DNA from: an uncultured Planctomycetota bacterium
GTDB taxonomy: Bacteria > Planctomycetota > Planctomycetia > Isosphaerales > Isosphaeraceae
Length of the DNA stretch: 64,000 bases
NCBI GenBank assembly: GCA_963823665.1
Contig: CAWGMQ010000004.1
Location: 960,001-1,024,000, forward strand
Direction: 5' to 3'
Part shown: piece after piece, positions 25,723-35,347 of the stretch
Position numbering within the stretch: position 1 is the stretch's first letter
Layout: each line of letters starts with the position of its first letter
The notes under the pieces: model-generated
What the model saw: only the letters and a program-made list of their open reading frames with translations
Database searches by the model: none
What the model was told of the DNA's origin: nothing
Position numbers and translations under genes: made by a program

Positions 25723-26610
25723 ATGCGTGTCTTCGTCACTGGTGCTACAGGTTTTGTCGGTTCTGCTGTTGTTCAGGAACTCATGAGTGCGGGCCATCAG
25801 GTGCTCGGACTGGCTCGGAGCGATGCGGGCGCCCACTCTCTTCTCGCCGCGGGCGCCGGGGTGCATCGAGGCGATCTCGAAGACCTGGAAAGTCTCCGCA
25901 CTGGAGCGGCCGCATCGGACGGCGTCATCCACACTGCATTCATACACGATTTCTCGAAATTCGAGGCTAACTGTGCAATCGACAAGCGCGCCATCGAGAC
26001 CTTGGGCGCCGCGCTCGCCGGCTCTGACCGTCCCTTGATTGTCACCGCTGGCACCGCACTTCTTGCGCCAGGCCGTCTCGCCACTGAAGAAGATGAGCCC
26101 GCTGCCAACGTTCCCCGCGCAGCTTCAGAACATGCGACAGACGTGGTCGCGGCGCAAGGCGTCCGTGCCTCGGTCGTGCGTCTCCCGCAGGTCCACGACA
26201 CAAAGAAGCAAGGCCTCGTTACCTACCTGATCGCCGTAGCTCGCGAGAAGGGTGTCTCGGCGTTTGTCGGCGACGGGCTCAACCGCTGGGCCGCGGTCCA
26301 CCGGCTCGATGCTGCCCGTCTCTACAGGCTGGCGTTAGAGAAGGGTTCCGCAGGAGCCCGTTATCACGCGATTGCTGAAGAGGGGGTGCCGCTCCGCGAG
26401 ATCGCTCACGCAATCGGCCGCGGCCTGAACGTTCCGGTCGTCGCCAAATCCCCTGAGGAGGCGACGGCCCATTTTGGCTGGCTCGGGTTGTTTGTGGGAA
26501 TCGACTGTCCGGTCTCAAGCGCACTGACGCAGGAACGGCTGGGATGGCGCCCGAGGGCACATCCTGGGATGATTTCCGACCTCGACCACATGCGCTATTC
26601 CGGAGCCTGA
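25723..26610 (+). CDS. NAD-dependent epimerase/extended SDR oxidoreductase
   Basis: [33 protein letters not shown]. Confidence 0.92.
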   Translation: MRVFVTGATGFVGSAVVQELMSAGHQVLGLARSDAGAHSLLAAGAGVHRGDLEDLESLRTGAAASDGVIHTAFIHDFSKFEANCAIDKRAIETLGAALAGSDRPLIVTAGTALLAPGRLATEEDEPAANVPRAASEHATDVVAAQGVRASVVRLPQVHDTKKQGLVTYLIAVAREKGVSAFVGDGLNRWAAVHRLDAARLYRLALEKGSAGARYHAIAEEGVPLREIAHAIGRGLNVPVVAKSPEEATAHFGWLGLFVGIDCPVSSALTQERLGWRPRAHPGMISDLDHMRYSGA

Positions 26611-26978
26611 TGGCACCACTGGGCGGCCCGCTCCCGGTCCCAATACTCCGCGCAGGAGCACGCGCCCAGGGCCCGCTCCAGGCTCTCGGCGTCCGGGAAC
26701 CGCTCGGTCGGCTCCTTGGCGAGGCACCTCAGCGCAGAGTGCCTGGCAAACCTGCCGCAGCAGGTAGACGACCCGCCCCGGCGGCAAGGGGCCGTGGCCT
26801 CGTGAACGACCGCGGTGGGAGTAAGGGTGTGGCCGGCCCGCTCCCGGAGCATCAGGCGCGAGGCGACTCGGCGCAGCTCGTCGTAGATCAGCGCGATGAG
26901 CTCGCCCCTGGCTCGCTCGTCGCCGGCCTTGGCCCGGCTCAGGATGACCGTGAGTCCCTGCGACGTCTTGGCCACCAT
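26595..26978 (-). pseudogene. Chimeric remnant: N-terminus of a TIGR02999-type ECF sigma factor fused to the C-terminal tail of a Ser/Thr kinase
   Basis: GDERARGELIALIYDELRRVASRLMLRERAGHTLTPTAVVHEA, then RCLAKEPTERFPDAESLERALGAC...WDRERAAQW. Confidence 0.75.
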
Positions 26979-27140
26979 TCCCTCCGGAAAAATCGATCAA
27001 GGGATCCGACGCTATTTTCCGCGGGACTTCTATAGGAGGCAATCACGTGGAGATGCTCAACGGGTGAGGAAATGGCATCGGCGAACAGCGGAGGCCGCCA
27101 TGCGGATCTCGCGGTTCCGCTGGTACCTGGTCAACCAAGG
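26946..27140. repeat. Copy 1 of a ~190-bp diverged promoter/5' module (copy 2 at 28013..28200)
   Basis: Shared blocks gaaaaatcgatcaagggatccga, attttccgcg, acttcta, acgtggagatgctc, ggtgaggaaatggcatcggcga, tgcggatc.cgcgg, cctggtc.accaaggg. Confidence 0.88.
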
Positions 27141-27148
27141 GGGAAGAG

Positions 27149-27747
27149 ATGCGTACTTGGCACAAATCACTGATCGGGGTGGGCCTGGGCGCGGTGCTCG
27201 GGCCGCCCTTCCTGTCGATACCGGTGAGGTCGACGGTGGCCCAGGCTCCAGGCCGCGTGGAGGTTAAGGAACCCGACGCAACGCAATGGACCGTGAGTCC
27301 GGCCGGCGGCCCGAAGCGCGAGACGCAGGTCGGCGCGCTTCCGGAAGAGCTCGAGCTCCTGCGGATCCAGGTCGAGATGGAGGGCGATCAGCTCCACCTG
27401 GCCGAATCGCGACTGGAGCAGGCGAAGCGCTGGGAGTCCCGCGCCAGGGAACTCGCGCAGTATGGTGATGTGCCCATGGAGCAGCTCATGATGGCGCAAG
27501 ATGGCGCGCTGATGAGGCAATCGGATGTCGTCGCTCAGAAGGCCGCACTCAGGGTGGCGGAGCTGCGCCTCCAGGAGGCGCAGCGGGGGATCTCTGCGAA
27601 CGACCTCTCTCGTCCCCCTCGGAGCATCGGCTCGCGGACGTTGAGCGGCGGCTGGCGGCGATGGAACAGACGGTGCGGGACCTCCGGCAGGAGGCGGAAC
27701 ACCTCAGGCTCGACCCCAGGATCACGCTCAACTCCGATCGGAGATGA
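27149..27747 (+). CDS. Secreted coiled-coil hypothetical protein; frameshift near 27617
   Basis: Signal-like N-terminus and a helical body. The shifted frame gives SEHRLADVERRLAAMEQTVRDLRQEAEHLR, stop at 27747. Confidence 0.55.
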
Positions 27748-27750
27748 GAT

Positions 27751-27864
27751 ACGAAGAAGTTGTTGATGCTGTCGGACATTCACGCCAACTGGCCAGCGCT
27801 GGAAGCGGTACTGCAAAACGAGGGATCTTGGGACGGGGTAGCGTTCTGCGGCGACGTCGTGGGC
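27751..27864 (+). pseudogene. 114-bp 5' fragment duplicate of the metallophosphoesterase at 30200
   Basis: Identical to 30200..30313 except 3 substitutions, one turning ATG into ACG. Confidence 0.9.
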
Positions 27865-28012
27865 CCACCGATTGAGCCCTCCGAGCCGGTCGGAACTCCC
27901 GAACCCCCGCTGCAACAAGAGGAGACACGACCCCAGGCGCACCCACCGCTGCATGACATCATGCCTCTGTGGTAGCCGATGTTGCCGCTGCCCGTATTGT
28001 TGATTGAGCAAC

Positions 28013-28200
28013 GACCGTAAGTCCTCGCGGCGTCTCGGCTACCATCCCCCTCCCGAAAAATCGATCAAGGGATCCGAGGACATTTTCCGCGTAACTTCTA
28101 GAGAAGCCAACATGACGTGGAGATGCTCGATCGGTGAGGAAATGGCATCGGCGATTCGCGCAGGTCGTCGTGCGGATCCCGCGGCCTGGTCCACCAAGGG
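28013..28200. repeat. Copy 2 of the promoter/5' module
   Basis: See 26946..27140. Includes the minus-strand ECF start remnant MVAETPRGLTV. Confidence 0.88.
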
Positions 28201-28271
28201 CTCGATCTACTCCAGGCCTCGCGCATCGTGAAGTCAACGAGCGTTGACTTTGGCCGAACCTCGAATGAGGA

Positions 28272-28730
28272 GTGCTATCAATGGACGTACATCGGCTAGG
28301 GATTGGACACCGGCGCTTTGAAAAGCTCGCCTTGAACGGCTTGAGGTTGGTCCTTGCCGGCAGCTTCGCGGCGCTCGGCTGCGGCCTCCTGTTCGTGCCC
28401 CGGGTTGCTCAAGACCTGGCACGCGGTGGGTACGGCCCGGGCTTCCGAATCCTCCTCGGGGCCTTGCACCTCGCGGGGGGGGTCGCGCTCTTGCTCCCGC
28501 AACTCGCCAAAAAGGTCGCCGGCGTCCTCGGACTTTTCGTCTCCGGCGTCACCGTTTACTTGCTGGCGGTGGGGGCGGGCGTCATAACGGTCGAGCCCGC
28601 CCTGGTGGCGTTTACCCTCCTTTTATTCGGGGCCTGGTTGCGGCTCCGCCATCGAGCCGACGTGACGGCGTGGCGCGAAATGCTTGCTCGCTACGCCGAT
28701 CAGGATCAACGGAGTAGCCAACATGACTGA
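28272..28730 (+). CDS. DoxX-like small membrane protein
   Basis: 4 TM segments; GYGPGFRILLGALHLAGGVALLLP. Confidence 0.7.
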   Translation: MLSMDVHRLGIGHRRFEKLALNGLRLVLAGSFAALGCGLLFVPRVAQDLARGGYGPGFRILLGALHLAGGVALLLPQLAKKVAGVLGLFVSGVTVYLLAVGAGVITVEPALVAFTLLLFGAWLRLRHRADVTAWREMLARYADQDQRSSQHD

Positions 28731-28925
28731 CAACCATGCGCCCCCTGCACTGGGGACACTCAACTCGAGAATACCGCGGCGGAGCTCACCAGCACCGTCT
28801 ACTCCGTCATGCTCCGGCATGGGGTCGGGGGCTCGTGGCTTGATCTGGAATTGAGCCTCTGGAGGGCGCTCGAAGAAGCCGTCCAGAAAGCGGGACGTGA
28901 GACCTCTCTACCCCCTTCGATTTGA
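28723..28925 (+). CDS. Small hypothetical protein (not in the ORF track); probable homopolymer frameshift near 28752
   Basis: MTDNHAPPA.. joined to DTQLENTAAELTSTVYSVMLRHGVGGSWLDLELSLWRALEEAVQKAGRETSLPPSI*; ggag RBS, overlaps the upstream stop. Confidence 0.55.
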
Positions 28926-28938
28926 AAGCGAGAATCTG

Positions 28939-29913
28939 ATGAATGGAATCACGAGCCGCGGGACACTTCCGGCCAAATCGTCGGCAGTGTGCCGGCCAGT
29001 TCCTGCGACGAGCGACCGTATCGCGCACCACGAGCGGACTGAGCGAAGCACGGAAGCCAGCCTCGACCCCGACTTTGGGAAGGCCGGGAACCGACTCGAG
29101 CACCATTTGATAGCGATCCTCGCGCACGAGCTGCGCAACCCGCTCGCGTCGATCATGTTCGCCCTGCGCGCCCTCCGCGAGCGCCACACTGACGAGCCGA
29201 CGGCTCGGCATGCGCACGACGCCGCGGAGCGCCAGGCTCGGCACATGGCGCGGATCATTGAAGAAGTGCTCGATCTCTGCCGCGCGGGCCAAAACAAGCT
29301 GTCTCTCCGCAAGGAGCGCGTGGACCTGGCCGCGGTCGTGGCCGGTGCTGTTGAGACCGCCGGCGCGCTCCTCGCCACCCGCGGCCATCACCTGACGGTT
29401 TCGCTTCCTCCGAGGCCGGTGTCGCTGTTGGCGGACCCTTCGCGCCTGAATCAGGTCCTCACGAACTTGTTGACGAACGCCGCCAAGTACACCGACCCCG
29501 GCGGGGAGATCTGCCTGTCCGCGGAGGTTGCAGCCGGCGCGGTGGTCCTGCGGGTGCGCGACAACGGCATGGGGATCGCCCCGGACCTGTTGCCTCGAAT
29601 CTTCGAGTTGTGCCAGCAGGGGGACGTGCGAGACCAGGCGTGCGGCGGACTGGGGATCGGTCTGGCGCTGGTGAAGTCGCTGGTGGAACTGCACGGCGGC
29701 AACGTCTCGGCTTTCAGCAGTGGCGCCGGCATGGGATCGCAGTTCGTTGTCCGATTGCTCGACTGTGCCCCGAACGTCCAAGAAGGCCGTGAGATTGTGA
29801 CTTGTCTCGGGTGCATGACCGACATGTTACCCGACGGGTTCGAGCGTGCGCCGGTGCTGCCGGCCAGCGGCTCCGACTCCGCCGTTTCTGCACCCAATCG
29901 TTCTACTAGCTAG
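28939..29913 (+). CDS. Cytoplasmic histidine kinase (HisKA + HATPase_c only)
   Basis: LAHELRNPL H-box, NLLTNAAKY, DNGMGI, GGLGIGL; no TM, sensor or receiver domain. Confidence 0.88.
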   Translation: MNGITSRGTLPAKSSAVCRPVPATSDRIAHHERTERSTEASLDPDFGKAGNRLEHHLIAILAHELRNPLASIMFALRALRERHTDEPTARHAHDAAERQARHMARIIEEVLDLCRAGQNKLSLRKERVDLAAVVAGAVETAGALLATRGHHLTVSLPPRPVSLLADPSRLNQVLTNLLTNAAKYTDPGGEICLSAEVAAGAVVLRVRDNGMGIAPDLLPRIFELCQQGDVRDQACGGLGIGLALVKSLVELHGGNVSAFSSGAGMGSQFVVRLLDCAPNVQEGREIVTCLGCMTDMLPDGFERAPVLPASGSDSAVSAPNRSTS

Positions 29914-29933
29914 GAGATGAGGGAGCACTCAGC

Positions 29934-30203
29934 ATGATGTCTAACCTGAGTCAGATCATCGTCGCAGCCGAGGAGTACGCGTTGCACGCCGTGCACACGC
30001 TGTCGGTCTACCATCGAGTCTTTCCCGAGGTCCGGGGCGAAGGCGGCTCGCCTGGGGATGCCGCCGCCCGCCTGGCCGCGCTGCTGTCACGCACCCTGGA
30101 TAATGTATCGAGCGACTGGCGCAGGGTCATCCTCGAGCGTGCCATCGAGGATGTCAGAGAGTTCGCCAAGCCAGACCGCTTGGAATCGGGGAGTACCCAA
30201 TGA
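29934..30203 (+). CDS. Small hypothetical protein
   Basis: 89 aa with RBS; stop overlaps the next ATG (ATGA). Confidence 0.65.
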   Translation: MMSNLSQIIVAAEEYALHAVHTLSVYHRVFPEVRGEGGSPGDAAARLAALLSRTLDNVSSDWRRVILERAIEDVREFAKPDRLESGSTQ

Positions 30204-30912
30204 AGAAGTTGTTGATGCTGTCGGACATTCACGCCAACTGGCCAGCGCTGGAAGCGGTCCTGCACAACGAGGGATCTTGGGACGGGGTAGCGTTCTGCGG
30301 CGACGTCGTGGGCGTCGGCCCGCAGCCTGTTGAATGCGTGCGCTGGGTCGCGGAACACGCTGAGTTTCGGGTGCGGGGCGATCTCGACAACGCTTTGGCG
30401 TTCGGGGGCGACCGCCGCGGCACGGGCTCGTTCCGAGTGGCGGCACCGATCACGCGTACCTGGCACAGCAGATTGCTCGCCCCCGCCGACCTCGCGTTCC
30501 TGCGTCACTGCCCACGTTTGATTGGTTCGAGTGGAATGGCAGGAATTTCCGAATTTCTCACGCCCCGCCCCAAGGGAAACTCTACAAGTACCTGACGCCG
30601 TACGAGCAGAAGCGTCTCGTGCACGACTTGGGCTCCGATTATGTCATTCTCGGCCATACTTGCATCCAGGACGCGCGCCGCGCCGGACTTTTCACTCTGG
30701 TTAATCCCGGCAGCGTCGGGCTGAGCCACGAGGCGGGCGGGAAAGCCTGCTACGCCGTATTCGACGGCGAGAAAGTGACACTCAAGCGTGTAACCTATGA
30801 GCTCGCTCGAACGATCGCCGCACTCCGCGCGTCGCCTTTGCCGCGAAGCGTGGTCCGCCATTTGGAGTTGGCCCTGCGCCCGATGCCGCGGGCGATGTTG
30901 ATGACTGAATGA
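30200..30912 (+). CDS. Metallophosphoesterase (YfcE-like), frameshifted near 30508-30580, with degenerate motifs
   Basis: LSDIHANWPALEAVL, CGDVVG, VNPGSVG. GNHD appears as GDLD and GHTH as GHTC. Confidence 0.75.
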
Positions 30913-30919
30913 TTGGATC

Positions 30920-31657
30920 TTACTTCTTCAACAACTTGAATTCCAGGGTGCCGAGGTTCATGTTGCCCTCCTTGACGATGTGCAGAGTGAGGAGATTGCG
31001 GCCCTTGGAAAGTTTCACGGTGGCCGCGTCCTTGTTGATGTTCCAGTGATGCCACTGCCGCCAGCCGGTCGTGTCCTTCGGATCGTTGGTGGACGCGATG
31101 GTGATGGGCTTGTCGACCGGTTTGCCGTTGACGTCCAGCGAAAGTTCGCCGCCCTTGTTGGACGTGTAGAGGACGTCGACCGTATAGTCGCCGTCTTCCG
31201 CCACATCCACGGTGTAGTTCATCCATTCGCGCGGAGCGGTCCAGCCGACGTAGAGCATGTCCTTCGGCGGCTTGACGGCCTCACCTTCCCAAAAATCGGC
31301 AAAGTCCTTGGTATAGGAGGTGTCGACCCGTTCCTTGGCGCGGAACTCGTTGAGATATTTTCCGTCGAGCGGGTTCAGCGCGCCGCTGCCCTTGTTCTTG
31401 GCGTCGGTGTCGTGATACGCGACCCCGTCGCCGCCGAGGTCGTAATAAGCGCACATGACCTTGCCGGGAATCTTTTGCGCGCCGTCCTTGTACTTGGAGT
31501 CGGTGAACGGAGTGCCCTTGTAATTCTTCGGAAGGTCGGCGACGGCCATCATCCCCGCCGGCTTCGTCGCGTCATCCGCTTTCGAGAATGCCAACCACGT
31601 GCCCGCCGTCAACGCCAAAGCCGCACATAATCCAGCTTGTCTCTTGAATGAAATCAC
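30920..31657 (-). CDS. Secreted carbohydrate-binding protein (CBM6/35-like)
   Basis: GTG start with gaggag RBS, signal peptide, YYDLGGDGVAYHDTD, VGWTAPREWMNYTVDVAEDGDYTV. Confidence 0.85.
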   Translation of the reverse strand: MISFKRQAGLCAALALTAGTWLAFSKADDATKPAGMMAVADLPKNYKGTPFTDSKYKDGAQKIPGKVMCAYYDLGGDGVAYHDTDAKNKGSGALNPLDGKYLNEFRAKERVDTSYTKDFADFWEGEAVKPPKDMLYVGWTAPREWMNYTVDVAEDGDYTVDVLYTSNKGGELSLDVNGKPVDKPITIASTNDPKDTTGWRQWHHWNINKDAATVKLSKGRNLLTLHIVKEGNMNLGTLEFKLLKK

Positions 31658-31822
31658 GGTTTCTCCTCGAGGTCTCGATTCCAGAAGTTGTGGGAAAAAG
31701 GATCGCAGGCAAGACGTTGCACCCATTATGGTGAGAGTGATCAACATAATTGACAAGCACCGATCAAGATAATCGATGGTCGGTGTCTGGCAGGATAGCA
31801 CGCCCCTTACCATCATTGCGAT

Positions 31823-32006
31823 GTTTGCCTGGGCGCAGATCTCAGGCGCCAGACCGAGATGGATTCGTTCCGCGAAACGATTCCCGACCGCTTCTTGAAC
31901 GTCGGCTTGGCCGAGGCCAACATGGTCGGCATCGCGGGAGGGCTGGCGCGTGCCGGGAACGTGGTCTTCGTCAACACCTTCGGCGTCGCCTGCACGCGTC
32001 GGTGCG
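31823..32006 (+). pseudogene. Transketolase C-terminal (pyrimidine-binding) subunit fragment
   Basis: VCLGADL...PDRFLNVGLAEANMVGIAGGLARAG..FVNTFGV..TRR; no start and no continuation. Confidence 0.8.
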
Positions 32007-32042
32007 ACATTGAGTGCCGTCAAGATGAAGGGAAGAACCATC

Positions 32043-33017
32043 ATGAATATCGGCTGGATCGGAACTGGTCGCATGGGCTACCCGATGGTGACTCGGCTGT
32101 CAAAGGCCGGCCATAGCATTCGAGTTTGGAATCGGAGCATCGACAAGGCGCGGCCGCTGGCCGCCTTGGGCGCCCAAGTCGTCGACCGGCTGGAATCTCT
32201 GGGCGGCCTCGACATTCTCTTTACCGTCGTCACGAGCGGGAACAGTCTGCATGAGGTTTGTTTCGGACCGTCCGGCGCCTTTGCCGATACCAAGACCAAA
32301 GTTCCGCGCATCCTGGTGGATTGCTCGACGATTGGAGTCGCGGAATCCGAGGTGTTGCGCGAGAAGCTGACAAAACGACAGGTCGCCTATCTGGCAGCCC
32401 CGCTCAGCGGTAATCCAGAATGCGTCGTGGCCGGGCAGTTGTCCAGCGTCGTCTCGGGCCCGCGACAGGCCTTTGACGAGGCGGAGCCATTGATCAAGAC
32501 CTATGCAGTGCGCGGCGCCGTCTATGTCGGTGAGGGCGACCTCGCGAGGATCTGCAAGATCGCCCACAACACCTTCCTCGCAGGGGTGATGGAAAGCTTG
32601 ATGGAGGTCACTTTGTTGGCCGAGAAGGCTGGCGTAGCGCGCGACACCTTCCTGGAGTTCATCAACAAAAGCGTGATGGGCTCAGGGTTCACTCAGTACA
32701 AATCCAGGGCGCTGGTGAATCTCGATTTCACGCCGACGTTCACGGTGCCGCTGCTCCTCAACAAAGATCTTCAACTCGGCCTTGATGCCGGCCGGAGGCT
32801 CGGAGTCACGATGCCGGTCGCGTCCGCGACGCGGGAAATCCTCCAGTCGCATGTCGGCCTGGCATCCCAAAGGCCGGATGCCAAGGCCTACCTGGAAAAC
32901 GACTTTGCGGCGGTCATTGAAACGCTCGCGGCCCTTTCCGGCATGAAGCTGGTGCCGGAAAACGTTCATGTGCCAACCGGACTTGAGGTGCCAGAGGATT
33001 CGCCCGGGCCCGACTGA
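32043..33017 (+). CDS. 3-hydroxyisobutyrate/6-phosphogluconate-like NAD(P)-dependent dehydrogenase
   Basis: IGWIGTGRMG, VWNRS, VDCSTI, LAAPLSG, CKIAHN, NKDL. Confidence 0.9.
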   Translation: MNIGWIGTGRMGYPMVTRLSKAGHSIRVWNRSIDKARPLAALGAQVVDRLESLGGLDILFTVVTSGNSLHEVCFGPSGAFADTKTKVPRILVDCSTIGVAESEVLREKLTKRQVAYLAAPLSGNPECVVAGQLSSVVSGPRQAFDEAEPLIKTYAVRGAVYVGEGDLARICKIAHNTFLAGVMESLMEVTLLAEKAGVARDTFLEFINKSVMGSGFTQYKSRALVNLDFTPTFTVPLLLNKDLQLGLDAGRRLGVTMPVASATREILQSHVGLASQRPDAKAYLENDFAAVIETLAALSGMKLVPENVHVPTGLEVPEDSPGPD

Positions 33018-33149
33018 CCACCATCATGAAAGCGTGAATGAGTCTTTGTGTCGCTTCCATGGGAATCTCCGTTCGCGCTTTAATTCGCCTCGAATTCAGC
33101 TCGGACATCGCGACAATTCGCGGTCAAGTTTGTCGACAAAGTAACTCAC

Positions 33150-33194
33150 AGCTTCCTTCGGCGGCGACGGCGACCGTCACCGCCGAAGAAAGCT
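33150..33194. repeat. 21-bp inverted repeat (hairpin)
   Basis: agcttccttcggcggcgacgg-cga-ccgtcaccgccgaagaaagct with two C/A mismatches. Confidence 0.75.
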
Positions 33195-33582
33195 CCGACT
33201 GAGGCAGATTCTCGTCGTTACTGGAGCGTGGTGAATTCCGCCTGGAAGCCGGCTTATGCATCGGGCATAAATCAGCCGACCCGGTGACTGTGCGCGAGCT
33301 CGGCCAGGCCAGTGCCGTTAAAGCCGTGCCCGCCCTGGTTGCCGAAATGGGAAATTTCCGCTGCCGTATGGCTCCCTCCTGACCAATGCCGGGCGGCTCC
33401 CAAGCGGCCCCACTCCGGCTCGGGATGCGCTGAAAGCGAAAGCATCCCGGGTGCCGGCGACGGTCCTTACGTCGGCGGTCGGTGCGCGGGCTGTGCGGTA
33501 CTGGTCCGATCTCCGGCCCGCACTTCAGCCCAACCCCTGACGCCAGCGGTGGATCGATCGACGCGGTGCGACACTTTGAGTT

Positions 33583-33598
33583 CGGCGCGGGAATTGCA
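33583..33598 (+). promoter_or_regulatory. Sigma54 (-24/-12) promoter candidate for the CBS gene
   Basis: CGGCGCGGGAATTGCA = GG-N10-GC, close to consensus TGGCACG-N4-TTGCW, 72 bp before the ATG. Confidence 0.65.
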
Positions 33599-33669
33599 CC
33601 TCTATCTCGAACGAGCCCCGTTCGCCAGCGCGAAGTCGGGGCGGTGGTTATTCCGTCAGGAGCAAAATC

Positions 33670-34098
33670 ATGTTGATTAGTGAAGTGATGACCCACGACG
33701 TTGAATTCATCAGACCCGACGACACTCTTCAGAACGCCGCACTCAAAATGAAAGAGCTTGGAGTGGGCACATTACCCGTGTGCGAGAACGCGGGCGTCGC
33801 GGGAATGCTCACCGACCGCGATATCACCATCCGTGCAGTCGCCGGAGGGAGGAACCCGCAGACCACGAAGGTCCGCGATGTGATGTCCACTGAGCTCGTG
33901 TGCTGCTACGAAGATCAAGAAGTCGAGGTCGCCGCTCATCTGATGCGTTCCCAGCAAATTCGGCGCGTCCTCGTTCTCGACCGAGACAAGCGGTTGGTGG
34001 GAATCGTCTCCCTCAGCGACCTGGCACTTGATGCACCGAGCGCCGAAGACGCCGGCGTGATCCTCCAGGACGTGTGCGGAGGCGCGTCTCAGGTTTGA
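33670..34098 (+). CDS. CBS domain pair protein
   Basis: ISEVMT, GMLTDRDI, VRDVMS, LVGIVSLSDL. Confidence 0.92.
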   Translation: MLISEVMTHDVEFIRPDDTLQNAALKMKELGVGTLPVCENAGVAGMLTDRDITIRAVAGGRNPQTTKVRDVMSTELVCCYEDQEVEVAAHLMRSQQIRRVLVLDRDKRLVGIVSLSDLALDAPSAEDAGVILQDVCGGASQV

Positions 34099-34110
34099 TT
34101 CGGACAAGCC

Positions 34111-35292
34111 CTAGACCAGGAACTCTCCGAGCGTCTTCAGAATCTCGCCAAGCGGAACGGATGTTCCCAGGAGCGGGATCATCGGCAGAACCGCGGCCAC
34201 CACAAGCACCAAAGATGCCTTTTTGTCGAACGGCAGCAAGAGCATCTGGTCAACGTGTTCAAACGCACGCGCGATCGCTCCCAGGGAGGCAACGTCGCGG
34301 CTGCCGAGAAGGTTTTCTTGCTTGCTGCTCGGGTTCCTGATCCACTTCTCGTCAAATTCGTGGTCGTGGGCCCAGATCAGGTTGCCGAAATCCAGCAGCC
34401 CGCGAAAACGACATCGCGCCAGCCGCCCGGTGAAGACGAGCAGCGGGGCGTGCAGGATCACCATCGCGATGCTCACAAAGATGATCACATGATACTTGAT
34501 ATCGTCAAGAGATGATCCGCCGTGCACGATCTCGCGGGCCAGACTGCCCGAGAGCACGGCCGAGACCGCCATCACGACCAGGCCGAAGCTCGCCATGCCC
34601 CAGCCCAGAAACCCGATTCCTCCCGCCCGGTCGGGGTGAGTCGGAGTGAGCTCGAGGTCCAGTCGCGACACGCGAAACAGAAACCATGCCCACAGAACAA
34701 ACAGCCAGAGCCAGCAGAGCACGAAGAAGTAGAGGACAGGCAGGCTGATCAAGATGTACCACCAGCCGGCGGGAGTGATCGCCGTACCCACGCGCTGCCA
34801 GCTTGAACCGGCGATTTGAAGATTTCCGACGGTTCGTATCAGCACCGAGAACGAGATTGCCACGATCGCGATGCCTACCTCCACGCCCGGTGCGTTCCGC
34901 AGGCGGGTGATCTCGGCAACCACAGCCTTGTACTCCGGGCGCTGGCGCTCGGGAATGAGACCCGAAGAGAGAAAGTGGCGCATCTGCACCCGTAAGCTTG
35001 TCTCGACCACAATCTGTGCCAGCTCGAGCAGCGGAACGACAAATAGAAACCGGGTGTGCACGACCGGGTCGAGCAAGAGCGGAATCGACACGTGCCCGCT
35101 CCAGGCGTGGCCGCGCAGCGCCGAGAGAAGCACGAGTGGAAGCCAGGTCGAAAGGACGAGCAGCGAGACTTTCAAGAGCCGCCGCGCGGGCGTTGGTGGC
35201 TCGAGCCCCAGCCGCTGCGCCAGAGCGTGGGCAAACCCGCCGCGGGCGAGCGCATGAACGCCAAGGTCGAGATCAGACGACTCGTTCGTCAT
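34111..35292 (-). CDS. Multi-pass membrane hypothetical protein
   Basis: 393 aa with 7-8 TM segments; PTHPDRAGGIGFLG motif. Confidence 0.8.
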   Translation of the reverse strand: MTNESSDLDLGVHALARGGFAHALAQRLGLEPPTPARRLLKVSLLVLSTWLPLVLLSALRGHAWSGHVSIPLLLDPVVHTRFLFVVPLLELAQIVVETSLRVQMRHFLSSGLIPERQRPEYKAVVAEITRLRNAPGVEVGIAIVAISFSVLIRTVGNLQIAGSSWQRVGTAITPAGWWYILISLPVLYFFVLCWLWLFVLWAWFLFRVSRLDLELTPTHPDRAGGIGFLGWGMASFGLVVMAVSAVLSGSLAREIVHGGSSLDDIKYHVIIFVSIAMVILHAPLLVFTGRLARCRFRGLLDFGNLIWAHDHEFDEKWIRNPSSKQENLLGSRDVASLGAIARAFEHVDQMLLLPFDKKASLVLVVAAVLPMIPLLGTSVPLGEILKTLGEFLV

Positions 35293-35347
35293 GTTTGGGA
35301 ATCATCGAGAATCTGTCGACGCGGCCATCGGTCGCCGCAGATCGTGC

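Noticed and set aside
27751..30313. Phosphoesterase 114-bp repeat as a DGR (two A-to-C differences)
   Set aside because: Only 3 differences, located at a gene 5' end, and no reverse transcriptase; simple duplication explains it.
30920..32074. 384-aa version of the CBM ORF
   Set aside because: The upstream part is antisense to the transketolase fragment; the real start is GTG 31657 with RBS and signal peptide.
33415..33457. gatgcgctgaaag hairpin resembling group II intron domain V
   Set aside because: Lacks the AGC/CGC triad context and AC bulge; no domain VI or intron-encoded protein nearby.
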